Below, one piece after another: positions 34,414-45,303 of a stretch of 64,000 nucleotides of DNA. Below the pieces are notes generated by a model, which saw nothing but the letters and a program-made list of their open reading frames with translations, had not been told where the DNA came from and searched no databases. The DNA comes from an uncultured Planctomycetota bacterium (GTDB lineage: Bacteria; Planctomycetota; Planctomycetia; Gemmatales; Gemmataceae). The stretch is taken from positions 192,001 to 256,000 of the forward strand of contig CAWKHF010000010.1 of the NCBI GenBank assembly GCA_963849325.1. The letters run 5' to 3'. The position numbers and the translations under genes were made by a program. Positions within the stretch are counted from its first letter, which is position 1. Each line of letters opens with the position of its first letter.

Positions 34414-34838
34414 ATGAGCGAACCTTACCTAGCGCTGCAGGTCGTCATGATGCCACGAGATGCGAACCCTCAACCCACCTTGCACCCAAGTGGACAATTC
34501 ACCTCTTACCTGACGATCTTCGGCGGCGTCCTCCTCAGTTACATCGATCAGGCCGGCGCCATCGGGCGCGGCGGGAAGTGATTCGCGCCGGCGGTCCTCC
34601 GCCGGTGGTCGTGACCGTGGCCCTTCACCGCGTCGAGTTCAAAAAGCCCGTCCTGGTCGGCGACGTGGTGCGCTTCCTGACGCGCCTGGTCCGCATGGGC
34701 CGCACTTCCATCACCATGCACGTCAGCGTGGAAGTGGAGCGCGGGACCGAAGTGCTGCACGTTACCGAGGCGGAGGTGGTCTACGTCGGCATCGATCCCA
34801 ACGCCCCGGAACGCAAACCGACGCCACTGCTGTCTTAA
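34414..34838 (+). CDS. Acyl-CoA thioesterase, hotdog fold (indels)
   Basis: VMMPRDAN, IFGGVLLSYIDQAG, VEFKKPVLVGD, GRTSI. Confidence 0.85.
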
Positions 34839-34861
34839 CAACCTCAAGCAAGCGTGCGGCG

Positions 34862-36512
34862 TTACTTGGCCTTCTTCGGTGAGCGCGTGGCGGGCACATC
34901 CTGCAAGGCGAGTTTGCGAAATTCGTCGAGGTGTTGCGTCCAGATCGTTTCGAGTTCGCGCGCCTTCTTCGGTCGCTTGTCGGCGAGGTCGTGCGCTTCG
35001 CCGCGGTCGGTCTTCAGGTCGTAGAGTTCCCAAGGTGCTTTCGCGCCGGCAGCGACGAGTTTCCAGTCGCCGACACGCACCGCGCGATTGCCTTCGTGCT
35101 GCCACCACAGGTAATCGTGCGCGACCGAGTTGTCTCGCGCGAAGACCGACACCAGACTCTTGCCGGGCGGAGGTGGAACGGGTTTATCCTTCCACATTGC
35201 CGGCGGTTTGCCGCCGGCGATCTCCAACACGGTCGGCACGATGTCGATGAGGTGTCCCGGATTGTGACGCAGCTCGCCGCGCGACGAGATGCCCTTGGGC
35301 CAATGGACGATCAACGGCGTGGAGATGCCGCCTTCATGGACCCATGTTTTGTGCCGACGCAGCGGCGTGTTGGCCGCGCTCGACCAACCGGGACCGAGAC
35401 AAAGATGCGTGGCCGACGAGCCAGGCTCCGCCTTGGGATCGTGGCCGTCGCCGCGCACCATGATCTCGGCGCTGGCGCCATTGTCGGAAAGAACGAGAAT
35501 CAGCGTGTTCTCCAGAGCGTTCATGTTCCGCAGTTGTCGAAGGACGCGGCCGATTTCGCGGTCCATGCGATCGATCATCGCCGCGTGGATGGACATTTTG
35601 ACGGACTGAAACGCCTGCTGCTCCTTCGTCAACTCGCTCCACGGCAGCGGCCGATTGATCTCATTGGGGCCGAGCGTTTTCAGCGCCGCCGGGAAATGAT
35701 AAGGCGGTCCCACGTCGCGCTCCAGCGCCGGCAAATCATGGCTGATAATTCTCATCTTTTTCATCCGTTGCCAGCGCTCGGCGCGCACCACGTCCCAGCC
35801 CTTGCGATACATGTCGCGGTAGCGGGCGATGTCTTCCGGCAGCGCATGCAAAGGGAAGTGCGGCGCAGTTGAAGGCGACGTATTGGAAAAACGGCTTGTC
35901 GGCGAAGCGCTGGGCGTGTTCCTTCAGGCACTCGACGGCGTGATCGGCGATGGCGACCGTCGTGTAATAGCCCGCGTCCGCCGATACGGGCGGCAGTTTG
36001 CGATCGTCCTTGAAGTGAACGCGCGGATGGAAGTAGTTATTCAGGTCTTGTACCAGATAGGAGCGCTCGAAGCCGTTCTCCGTCGGCCGGCCGTCCACGT
36101 GCCATTTCCCGGAGTGATAGCTGCGATAGCCGAGCGGCCGCAGCATCTCCGGCAACAGCGGCGCCCAGGTGGGCCGTACGCCGTTGGCACCACTGACGAC
36201 ACCGGGCACGGTATCGCGACGCACCTGCTGCGCGTAGTAGCCCGTCAGCAGGGCGGCGCGCGAAGGCCAGCAGCGGGCCGTGTTATAGAACTGCGTGAAG
36301 CGGAGACCGTTGCCAGCCAGGCCGTCCAGGTTCGGCGTCCGAATCTCGCCGCCGTAGCAGCCGAGATCGGAGAAGCCCATGTCGTCGGCGAGAAGGACGA
36401 GGATGTTCGGCTTTCGGGACGGCTCGCCGGCGAAACTGGGCTGTATGGACCCGTTCAGGCCAATCAGTACCAGCGGAACCAGCAAGCACGACCCAGAAGA
36501 TGGGAGCTTCAT
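34862..36512 (-). CDS. Arylsulfatase (indel near 35860)
   Basis: ADDMGFSD, CWPSRAALLTG (FGly motif), SGKWH, SDNG, HEGGI, WELYDL. Confidence 0.95.
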
Positions 36513-36554
36513 GGGAACCTATCTCGGTTCGGGAATGGTTGCGACACCATCAGA

Positions 36555-37877
36555 TTATGGTAACTCTTCCGGATAGGCAAAGCCAGCACGAGGAAATCCT
36601 AGACGGCCTCCGAGCGCTTGCAGCACATCCGCGTCGCTGGGGTAAGGCGACGGCAGCAGCGTGCGAAGAGGTATGGGCACTTCATCCATACGGTACACCG
36701 TGCCGCGCCGATGCACGCCGGGAATGGCGGTCGTGAAGCGCACCGTCGGCGGCGTCCGCGACTCCATTGTCGGCGGATCGAGCACAATGGTCGGAATGGA
36801 CTTCAAATGAGCGATCGCCGTCGGCGTGAAGCGGCGCACGCCGAAGCTGCCGACCAGCAAACACGCATCGACCTCGCCGCGCAGCAGTAAATCGTGGGCG
36901 GTGAATTCGCCGGGATTGAAGCGAGGATAGCCGCGACCCAGGTTCACGCTGAATGGATAGCCGGTCTGCCAGGCCAGCACACTATCGGCGCCGGTCACGT
37001 CGGCGGAGACGCGCATGCGGCGGGCATAAAAGCGCGTGAAGTCGTTGAGGTCCGTCACCAGCCGTAACAGAGCCTCGACGCTGCGATGGCCCAGGTGCGT
37101 CCGGCTCAGACCCAGGCCGAAGAAGACGATGCCGCAGCGGCACGTCTTCATGCGTTGAGCCAGATCGCGCAACGTCTCCAGGGACACTCCAAGACTCGTC
37201 CCCGGTGCCGGCTGCCGGCCGCGAATCAGGCCGCGCAGCGCCCACAGCACCTCGAAATCGCGCCCCGGTTCCACTTGCACAAATACGTCAGCCCGCGCCG
37301 AGCTGGCGGTCGGTCGAACATCGACAACCACGATCGTGCGCTCGGATCGACCGCCGGGCAGGAACTCGCCGACGGGATCGGCGGAGTAGCGTTCAAAGTG
37401 ACGCGGATGGCTTTCGATGGGGTCCGAACCCCAAAAGATGACGAGATCGGCGCGATTCTTCACTTCGCCGAGGGAGCAGGTCGATTCGCCGGCTTCTTGC
37501 AGGGCGAGGATGGCGGGAGCGTGGCCGAGCGACGCCGTGGTGTCAATGGTCGCTCCCAGGCGGTCGGCGAGGGCGATGGCCGCTTGTTGCCCCGACGTAT
37601 CGCTGCGCGATAGGCCGTAAACCAGCGGCGAACGAGACGCGCGCAGGATGTCGGCCGCTCGGTCCAGCGCGGCCTCCAGCGCGACGGGCCGTCCCTCGAT
37701 CTCGGCGACGGGCGGTTGCCGGCCGCCCTGGGCGAGAAACCACGGCTCGGCCAGGTGGCAGGCTCCCTCGGCACGGACAATACGGCCGTCCTCCACGGTG
37801 ATGCGTAAATCATCGCAGACACAACCGCAGACCGTGCAGGCGACGTTGTCGATCCGCTGCGCCACCGCAAACCTCAC
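36555..37877 (-). CDS. fhcB: Formylmethanofuran dehydrogenase subunit B / FhcB homologue
   Basis: CTVCGCVCDD, CSLGEVKNRADLVIFWG, HPRHFERY, WQTGYPF, GTVYRMDEVP. Confidence 0.88.
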   Translation of the reverse strand: MRFAVAQRIDNVACTVCGCVCDDLRITVEDGRIVRAEGACHLAEPWFLAQGGRQPPVAEIEGRPVALEAALDRAADILRASRSPLVYGLSRSDTSGQQAAIALADRLGATIDTTASLGHAPAILALQEAGESTCSLGEVKNRADLVIFWGSDPIESHPRHFERYSADPVGEFLPGGRSERTIVVVDVRPTASSARADVFVQVEPGRDFEVLWALRGLIRGRQPAPGTSLGVSLETLRDLAQRMKTCRCGIVFFGLGLSRTHLGHRSVEALLRLVTDLNDFTRFYARRMRVSADVTGADSVLAWQTGYPFSVNLGRGYPRFNPGEFTAHDLLLRGEVDACLLVGSFGVRRFTPTAIAHLKSIPTIVLDPPTMESRTPPTVRFTTAIPGVHRRGTVYRMDEVPIPLRTLLPSPYPSDADVLQALGGRLGFPRAGFAYPEELP

Positions 37878-37881
37878 CGCG

Positions 37882-40113
37882 TCAGTTCGAGCGGCACGCG
37901 GCCGCCAGCCGTCTCCGCGCTCTCGGCGACAACGACGTCTCGGCTCCAGCGTGACGAGGACGGCCTTGAACGCCGGCGTCTTCGAGTCCGGATCGGTCGT
38001 CCGTCGGCACCAGCACGTTCGCCTCGGGGAAGTACATCAGCGCGTTGCCGGCGCGAATGTCGTATTCGCGCACGAGGATGCCGGACATCGAGCCGGCGGC
38101 GCTGCGCACCGTCACGCGCTGATCGACGCGCAGCCCGAGCCGCTCGATGTCCGCGCGGTTGAGCAGGATCACGTTGCGCCGGTCCTGGCCGCGGTAGATG
38201 TCCTCTTCCTCGTAGACCACCGTGTTGAATTGGCCCTCGGAGCGGACGGTCATGAGACGGAGTTGCCGGTCGGAGCCGGCCGACGCCGGGATGGCATGGA
38301 TGGCGAATTGCGCCTTGCCCGACGGCGTGGCGAAGCGCGGCGTGTGGAAGGTCCGCCCGTCGATCTGGAACTCCTCATGCGTGCCGATCGATGTCGGCAA
38401 TCTTCTCGAAGCCGGGGATGATTTGTCCGATCATTTGCCGCAGGTGACAGTGCCTTCGCAGTGCCTTCCAATCCACGGGACTTTTCGCGCCCAGCACGCG
38501 CTCGCCGAGCGAGGCGATGACCTCGACTTCGCTGCGCGGCCCCTCGTAGCGGGCAGGTCCGCCGTCGCTGAGGCGCACGAAGTTGAACATCGATTCCTGC
38601 GTCGTCGGCTTCCGGCTCCTCGTCGCGCGCCCGCACCGGAAGGATCAGCGTTTCACGCGCCCGGCCCCAGGCGTGGCCGGTGTTGAGGGTCGTGCTGAGA
38701 TAGGCGACCAACTCCAGCTTGGACAGTGCCTGCAAGGCGAACGTGGCGTCGGGATTGCTGCCGAACAGGTTGCCGCCCAGGCACACCGCCGAGCGCACCG
38801 CTCCCTGTTCGGCCGCCTCCATGCAAGCCATCGTGTCCAGTCCGGGCCGGGTCGGCAGCTTGACCTTCAGATACGTCTCCAGGTTGTCGAGGATCTTCTG
38901 CTTGAGTGCCGGGGCGACGCCGACGGAGCCGATGCCCTGCACATTACTATGTCCGCGGATGGGCAGCAGTCCGGCGCGAGGGCGGCCGACCATGCCGCGC
39001 AGCAGGGCGAGGTTGACGATCGTCTGCACGTTGGCGACGCCGTGTTCGTGGTGCGTGATGCCCATCGTCCAGCCGAACACGGCCGTCGGCGCTCGCAGGT
39101 ACATCTCCGCCATCTTCGCCATCGTCGCGCGGTCCACGCCGGAGGCTTGCTCGATCGTCTCCCAGCTCGTGCCGCGGACGTGGGCCTGGTACGCCTCGAA
39201 GCCCTCGGTGGCCTCGGCGAGGAAGCGGGCATCGACGGCGTTGCGTTCGAGTACGATCTTGGCCACGCCGGTCAACAGCGCGATGTCGCCGCCAATGTGC
39301 GGCTGCACATACAGGCTGGCGATCTTCGAGCCGAACAGCAGGCTGCGCACATCCGAGGGGACGCTGAAGTTGACGAGACCGATTTCCTTGACCGGGTTGA
39401 TGACGAGGACGTGTCCGCCGCGGCGACGGACGTTCATGAGGGTACGCATCAGGCGCGGATGATTCGACGCCGGATTGCCGCCGATGAGGACGAACAGGTC
39501 GGTCTTCTCCACGTCCTCCAGCGTCACCGTGGCGGTGCCGGTGCCGAGCGATCGCCCCAGGCCGACGCCGCTGGCCTGGTGACAGTAGTACGAGCAATTG
39601 TTGACGTAGTTCGTGCCGTACAGGCGAGCGAACAGTTGCAGTAAAAAACCGGCCTCGTTGGACGAGCGGCCGCTGGCGTAGAAGAAGTTCTGGTCCGGCG
39701 GCTGGTCGCGCAGCTGCCGGGCGACGCGATCGAGCGCCTCCTCCCAGCCGATCACCCGGTAATGCGTGTCGTCGCGACCGGCGTACAGCGGCGTGCGTGA
39801 TGCGGCCGCACCATTCCAATTCACGCGGCGTCAGGGTGCGCAACTCGGCGATGCCGTAGCGCTGGAAGAACTCCGGCCGCAGTCCTTTCTGCATGTCGGC
39901 GACCATCGCTTGCAGCGACTTCTTGCACACCTCCGGCCAATGTCCGGCCTCGTTGCGCATGCCGCCGGCCTGGCCGCCCATGCCCAGCGCACAAGTCTTG
40001 CAAGCGTTCTTCGAGCGCATCGCCTTCCACAGTTGCCACCAGCCGACACGGTTGGCCATGCGCAGCGTGTACGCAATCGCCTTCCAACCACCGCCGCTTT
40101 TCATCCGCTTCAT
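37882..40113 (-). CDS. FdhF/YdeP family molybdopterin oxidoreductase (several indels)
   Basis: CKTCALGMGG, YASGRSSNEA, NNCSYYCHQAS, PIRGHSNVQG, TVRSEGQFNT. Confidence 0.9.
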
Positions 40114-40359
40114 CACTGCTCCCGGAAGGTCCGATCCCTCGACCTCGAAAAAGGTCAGAACCATTGCGCGTATCCTGGTTATGATTATACGACGCCATTG
40201 CGGCTTTGCCCCATTGTCCCCCTGACAGCCCTTGGCCGCGCCGGCTGCGGGAGATGCAAGGGACGGAAGCTCTTGCTTGCGGCGATCCGCGGGTCGGTAG
40301 TAGAATCCTCGAATGGGAGTCGAGAGCAATTCGGAGCTGTGACGGAAAACCGCGAGTTG

Positions 40360-40737
40360 ATGACCCCGAACCGTGGTGGATCACCGATAGTCCGTCGCGT
40401 CGGTACGCCTCGATTGGGTGTGTCCGAAGTCCCACTCGCCGACCTTCACCCTTTGCACCCGGTTCCTCGGCTCGGAATGCCGCCCAACCACATATCGGAT
40501 TTGGCGAACGCGATTCGGACAAACGGCTACGATCTGGGGCAAGCGATTCCGGTCGCCCGAATGCCGGATGGACGGTTGCTTCAACTCGGCGGCCATCACC
40601 GAGCCGCGGCGATGGGACAGTTGGGAGAGATCACCATACCCGCCCGAGTTGTCGTTTGGAACTCGTTGTCTCCGAGAGTCCAGAACTGGTGGCGGAGTCA
40701 GTTTCCGAACCTTCCTTGGGATGATTTCATCCGATGA
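40360..40737 (+). CDS. Small ParB/Sulfiredoxin-domain protein
   Basis: ISDLANAIRTNGY...IPVARMPDGRLLQLGGHHRAAAM...IPARVV. Confidence 0.7.
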   Translation: MTPNRGGSPIVRRVGTPRLGVSEVPLADLHPLHPVPRLGMPPNHISDLANAIRTNGYDLGQAIPVARMPDGRLLQLGGHHRAAAMGQLGEITIPARVVVWNSLSPRVQNWWRSQFPNLPWDDFIR

Positions 40738-41060
40738 ACACGCAAAGACCCACTTGGTTCTCGTTCAACTCGCCCGAGAGCACAACCCTGCACTGCGCGG
40801 CCTGTGGACAGGTAATCGATCTTGGCCCTCTGGTAGCGGACCACCATCCGCGCTACTGTCCCAAGTGTGGGGTGGAGTCCGCTTTCCTTAACTGGAAAAG
40901 CAGGATCATTCAGATCGTGCCAAAGAACGCTCCCCCGGCTTTCGCGGCGATGGTCCGCTGGGGGCAACAGTACCTGGATGAGCTGGAGTATGTAGAGTTC
41001 GTCTGCGCCTTGGAGGAAATCGCCGATGCCCTCAACGCCGTATCGGCCTATTCCCCATAA
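40734..41060 (+). CDS. Zn-ribbon hypothetical protein, possible immunity/antitoxin
   Basis: CAACG...CPKCG, acidic C-terminus; ATGA overlap with upstream gene. Confidence 0.65.
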   Translation: MNTQRPTWFSFNSPESTTLHCAACGQVIDLGPLVADHHPRYCPKCGVESAFLNWKSRIIQIVPKNAPPAFAAMVRWGQQYLDELEYVEFVCALEEIADALNAVSAYSP

Positions 41061-41164
41061 GCGAAATGACGATAACTCGCTCGCCCGGAACCGCGGTCCC
41101 TTCTGGACCCCCGTTGGCTTTTTCACGATGACCTTCACCGGGAGCACGGATCGTTGACCGCGAA

Positions 41165-42529
41165 CTACTCGACGCCCTCCTTCGAGGGCGTTACCTCCTG
41201 ATCCGGATGACCAGAAACCGCGGGCGAAGTCGCCGCGGACGGCAGCGTGACAGGACGCAGCGCCTTGTCGGCGATGTCGCGGCGGTAGAAGGCGCCGTGG
41301 AACTGGATACAGGCGACGGCTTCATAAGCGCGGCGCTTGGCGTCGGCGAGCGTATCGCCCAGGGCCGTGACGCCGAGGACGCGGCCGCCATCGGTCAGCA
41401 CGCGGTCGCCGTCGCGCTTCGTCCCGGCATGAAACACCTTGACGTCCGGCAGTTTCGCGGCCTCGGCCAACCCCTTGATGGCCAGCCCCTTCTCGTAGTT
41501 GCCGGGATAGCCGCCGCTGGCCATGACGACGCACACGGCCGGACGCGGGTCCCATTCCAGCCGGTCCTCGAACGTGTCCAGCCGTTCGTCCACGACCGCC
41601 TCGATCAGATCGAGCAAGTCGGTGCGCAGACGCATCAGCAAAGGCTGCGTTTCCGGATCGCCAAAGCGGCAATTGAACTCCAGCACGCGCGGCCCCTGGT
41701 TGGTCGTCATCATGCCCGCATAGAGGACGCCGCGGAACGGCTTGCGGCCGCGCTTCATGGCATGGACGGTCGGCACCAGCACCTCGCGGTCGATCGTCTC
41801 CAGCAGTTCGGACGTGCCCAGCGGTGCCGGGCAATACGCTCCCATGCCGCCGGTGTTCGGGCCGGCGTCGTTGTCGAAGGTGGCCTTGTGGTCCTGCGTC
41901 GGCGCCAGCGGTACGATGGTTCGTCCCGACACCAGGGCCAGGATGCTCAACTCCTCGCCCTCCAATCGTTTCTCGACGACTACCTGCCGACCGGCGGCGC
42001 GGCCGAACTCCTCGCGCACCATGACGCGCTCGATGGCGGCCAAGGCCTCCTCGGTGGTCGAACAGACGAGGACGCCCTTGCCGGCGGCGAGTCCGTCGGC
42101 CTTGACCACGAGCGGATAATCGCGCGTCTCGATGTAGCGGCGAGCGTACTCGGGATGGTCGAAGATGCGAAACTCGGCCGTCGGCACGTCGGCGTGACGC
42201 ATGACGCCCTTGGCGAACACCTTGCTGGATTCGAGCTGCGCCGCCTGGCGCGTCGGGCCGAAGATGCGTAATCCCATCTTCTGGAAATGATCGACGATGC
42301 CGCGCGCCAGCGGCTCCTCCGGTCCCACCACGGTCAGGGCGATCTTTTCCTTGCGGACGAAGGAGACGAGCTTATCGAACTCCGTGACGTTGATGGGAAC
42401 ATTCACCCCGTCCTCGGCGGTGCCGGCGTTGCCCGGCGCACAGTAGACCCTCTCGGCCCGAGGCGACTGGGCGAGTTTCCACACCAAGGCGTGCTCGCGG
42501 CCGCCCTTGCCAATGACGAGTACCTTCAT
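41165..42529 (-). CDS. purD: Phosphoribosylamine-glycine ligase
   Basis: GGREHAL, APGNAG, VKADGLAAGKGV, GPNTGGMGAY, EFNCRFGDPE. Confidence 0.97.
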   Translation of the reverse strand: MKVLVIGKGGREHALVWKLAQSPRAERVYCAPGNAGTAEDGVNVPINVTEFDKLVSFVRKEKIALTVVGPEEPLARGIVDHFQKMGLRIFGPTRQAAQLESSKVFAKGVMRHADVPTAEFRIFDHPEYARRYIETRDYPLVVKADGLAAGKGVLVCSTTEEALAAIERVMVREEFGRAAGRQVVVEKRLEGEELSILALVSGRTIVPLAPTQDHKATFDNDAGPNTGGMGAYCPAPLGTSELLETIDREVLVPTVHAMKRGRKPFRGVLYAGMMTTNQGPRVLEFNCRFGDPETQPLLMRLRTDLLDLIEAVVDERLDTFEDRLEWDPRPAVCVVMASGGYPGNYEKGLAIKGLAEAAKLPDVKVFHAGTKRDGDRVLTDGGRVLGVTALGDTLADAKRRAYEAVACIQFHGAFYRRDIADKALRPVTLPSAATSPAVSGHPDQEVTPSKEGVE

Positions 42530-42548
42530 GCTCTCCCAACTCAAAACA

Positions 42549-42696
42549 CACCACGGAAAACACGGAAGACACGGAAAAAGACAAAGAAGGAACTCCAGCA
42601 GTTAAGAATAGAGCAGACGCGGTAGAAGTCAGCGTCTCTTCGTAGCTGGTTTTCTTTCTTTTGTCTTTTTCCGTGTCTTCCGTGTTTTCCGTGGTG
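42549..42696. repeat. Inverted nonamer repeat (ACACGGAAR)3...(YTTCCGTGT)3 with arms of about 37 bp
   Basis: CACCACGGAAAACACGGAAGACACGGAAAAAGACAAA and its exact reverse complement. Confidence 0.9.
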
Positions 42697-42712
42697 AAGT
42701 TCTTCTTCGGTC

Positions 42713-44485
42713 TTATGTGGCCGCGACGACCTGGGGCAGAAGGGCGCGGGCGTGGTCGGGGCCGAGGCGATGGCAGTAATCGCCGAAACTCTCGCCCGGC
42801 CGGCGCTCTTCCCGATAATGCCGCAATAACGGCTCCAGCATCGCCACGATCTCGCCGCGCGGCACCAGGTCCTTGAGCGGATAGTTCATGCGGTCGCCGT
42901 GGACGTGACCGCCGACATAGAGGACGTACTTGTCGCCGCTGCGGCCAACAATGCCGATGTCGCTCTGGTAGGGACGCACGCAACCATTGGGGCACCCGGT
43001 CATGCGGACGCCGAGCGTTTCGCGCTCCAGGCCAAGCCGTTGGAGCAGTCCTTCCAACTCGTCGAGGATGCCGGGCAGTGCCCGCTCTGCCTCGGAGATG
43101 GCCAGACCACACGTCGGAATGGCCGGGCACGACATGCTGTAGCGACGCAGGTTCGACACCTGGCCGGGCCGGACGATGCCATACTCGTCGAGCATGCCCT
43201 CCAGAATCGGCAGCGCGGTACCGTCGAGATTGCAGATCAGCACGTCCTGCATGCCGGTCAGGCGCAGCTCCGGCTGGAAACGTTCGACGATGGCTCGCAG
43301 TCCCGAGCGGAGACGGAGGGAACCTTCGTCCTTGACGCGGCCATTCTCGACACTCAGGCCGTAGAACCATTTACCGTCGCCCTGCGGGTGCCAGCCAAGG
43401 TGCAGGTGATAGCCGCTGATGACGACCGGCCGCGGCTGCTCCGGCATGCCGCCGAGATAGCCGGCCAGCACGTCGCGGAACTTGTCAACGCCCCAATCGT
43501 GGACGACGTACTTGATGCGCGCCCGCTTGCGGTCGGCCCGGTTGCCGTGGTCGCGGAACAACTTCACGACTGCCTCGACCGACTCGACAATGCCGTCGGC
43601 GGGCACATAGCAGATCGGCCGGGCCAGCATGGGAAACGTGTTGGCGTTGCCGTGCGTCATGCCCATGCTGCCGCCGACGAGCAGGTTGTAACCGACGATG
43701 CGGTGATTCTCGACGATGGCCAGCAAACCGAGATCCTGGCCGTAAACGTCGATGCAGTTGTCTTCCGGCAGGGCGAGGCCGGTCTTGAACTTGCGCGGCA
43801 GGTAGACCTTTTCGTAAATCGGCTCCTCGCCGGGCGGCGGCTCGTTCCTGCCCTGGTGCTGGCTGAGGTGCGTCACGGGTTGGCCGTTGAGCCAGATTTC
43901 GTGATAGGCGCCGCTGCGCGGCGCCAGGTGCAGGGCCAGCTTGCGGGCCGTCGCCTGCATCTCGGCGCGGACGCTGTCGTGATGCAGCGGGGCGGGGCAA
44001 CACATGACGTTTCGCTCCACGTCGCCGCAAGCGCCGAGGGTGGTGAGCAGGCAAGCGTTGATGCCGGCAATGGTGTCCTTCAAGTGCGACTTGAGTACGC
44101 CATGGAACTGGACGCCCTGCCGGCTGGTGAAGCGCAGCGTGCGATTGCCGTAGGCGTCGGCGAGACGATCCAGCGCCAGGTATTGCTCCGCCGTCACCCG
44201 GCCGCCGGGAATCTTGCAACGCACCATGAACATGTAGTGCTTGCCCAGACCTTCGCCGCGCCGGGACTTCCGCGCGTCGCGGTCTTCCTGCTGATAGGTG
44301 CCGTGGAACTTCAGCAGTTGCTTGTCCTGCTCGCCGAAATGATCGCTGTCCTTGTGGATTTCCTCGCTGATCGAGCCGCGCAGGGCGCGACTGCTCTCCT
44401 TGATCCCTTCTACCGCCGATCGTGCCGGCTTCTTGGCGGCAGCATCGGCGTGCCCATTCGCGGCGGGATGCGCTTCGACAGACAT
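42713..44485 (-). CDS. cysI: Assimilatory sulfite reductase hemoprotein (Sir/CysI type)
   Basis: KFHGTYQQ, ACGDVERN, YLPRKFK, CPAIPTC and MTGCPNGC siroheme/4Fe-4S ligands. Confidence 0.92.
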   Translation of the reverse strand: MSVEAHPAANGHADAAAKKPARSAVEGIKESSRALRGSISEEIHKDSDHFGEQDKQLLKFHGTYQQEDRDARKSRRGEGLGKHYMFMVRCKIPGGRVTAEQYLALDRLADAYGNRTLRFTSRQGVQFHGVLKSHLKDTIAGINACLLTTLGACGDVERNVMCCPAPLHHDSVRAEMQATARKLALHLAPRSGAYHEIWLNGQPVTHLSQHQGRNEPPPGEEPIYEKVYLPRKFKTGLALPEDNCIDVYGQDLGLLAIVENHRIVGYNLLVGGSMGMTHGNANTFPMLARPICYVPADGIVESVEAVVKLFRDHGNRADRKRARIKYVVHDWGVDKFRDVLAGYLGGMPEQPRPVVISGYHLHLGWHPQGDGKWFYGLSVENGRVKDEGSLRLRSGLRAIVERFQPELRLTGMQDVLICNLDGTALPILEGMLDEYGIVRPGQVSNLRRYSMSCPAIPTCGLAISEAERALPGILDELEGLLQRLGLERETLGVRMTGCPNGCVRPYQSDIGIVGRSGDKYVLYVGGHVHGDRMNYPLKDLVPRGEIVAMLEPLLRHYREERRPGESFGDYCHRLGPDHARALLPQVVAAT

Positions 44486-44751
44486 GCGTGGTCCCTGTGT
44501 CGAAACCCCTCCTCCAGCCTTCCGCGGCGCTGGATGGAAACGGGTTCAGTCTCCTGTCTCCGGGATAAATCTTCACTAAACCGATCAAATTACATATACT
44601 GAATACCCCAACCTTTGACAATCCCTGTCGCTCCTCTTTCTCAAGTCGGCTGCCGCATCCATCCGAGTGTAGAAGAAGGACGGATCGTCCTGTCCGGCGC
44701 ATCTCCTGCGTCGATTGTCCTCCGCTGTGCATCAAGTAGGAGGTAAACACG

Positions 44752-45297
44752 GTGGTTCCGACTGCCGCGCCCGCTGGTTCGCCTGAGCGAAGTCTGTCCC
44801 TGAGTAACCTGGGCTTCCTGACGGTCCTCCACGAGGCGAGCGGTTATCTGGGGGGCTATCTGGTGACGAACGTGTGGGGACGGCCGCTGGAGTTCCGTCT
44901 CAGCAGCGCCGTGCAGCCCAACCGCGTGCAGCAAATCCTTTACGCCGGCACCCTGGAGGCGTATGTCTGTGCCGAGTTGATCGGCAAGACGCTGGTAGAC
45001 AAGGCCGCTGTGCCGGTGCAACTGCTGATCACCGATTGCGCGTCCGTGCTCGATCTGCGCCGCAAGGTGGAGTGTCCGGTCCTGTGGCTGGCATCGGCCG
45101 CGGACGGGCGCGGCATCGAAGTGAGTCCAGCGGAAGGAGGGCATGGTCCCCTCCTGTGCCATTCGCACTTCCCCGACGATGAGACCCTGGCGCGAGAACT
45201 GTTGACGCGCCTGGATCGCGCCTTCGACCTCGCTGAGCCATTCGTCCGCATCCGCGAGGCCATCGGCGAAGCGCGCAAGATGGGCGTTCACAAGTGA
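44752..45297 (+). CDS. Hypothetical protein
   Basis: GTG start with AGGAGG RBS; GYLGGYLVTN...GRPLEF, EPFVRIREAI. Confidence 0.75.
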   Translation: MVPTAAPAGSPERSLSLSNLGFLTVLHEASGYLGGYLVTNVWGRPLEFRLSSAVQPNRVQQILYAGTLEAYVCAELIGKTLVDKAAVPVQLLITDCASVLDLRRKVECPVLWLASAADGRGIEVSPAEGGHGPLLCHSHFPDDETLARELLTRLDRAFDLAEPFVRIREAIGEARKMGVHK

Positions 45298-45303
45298 CGA
45301 CGA

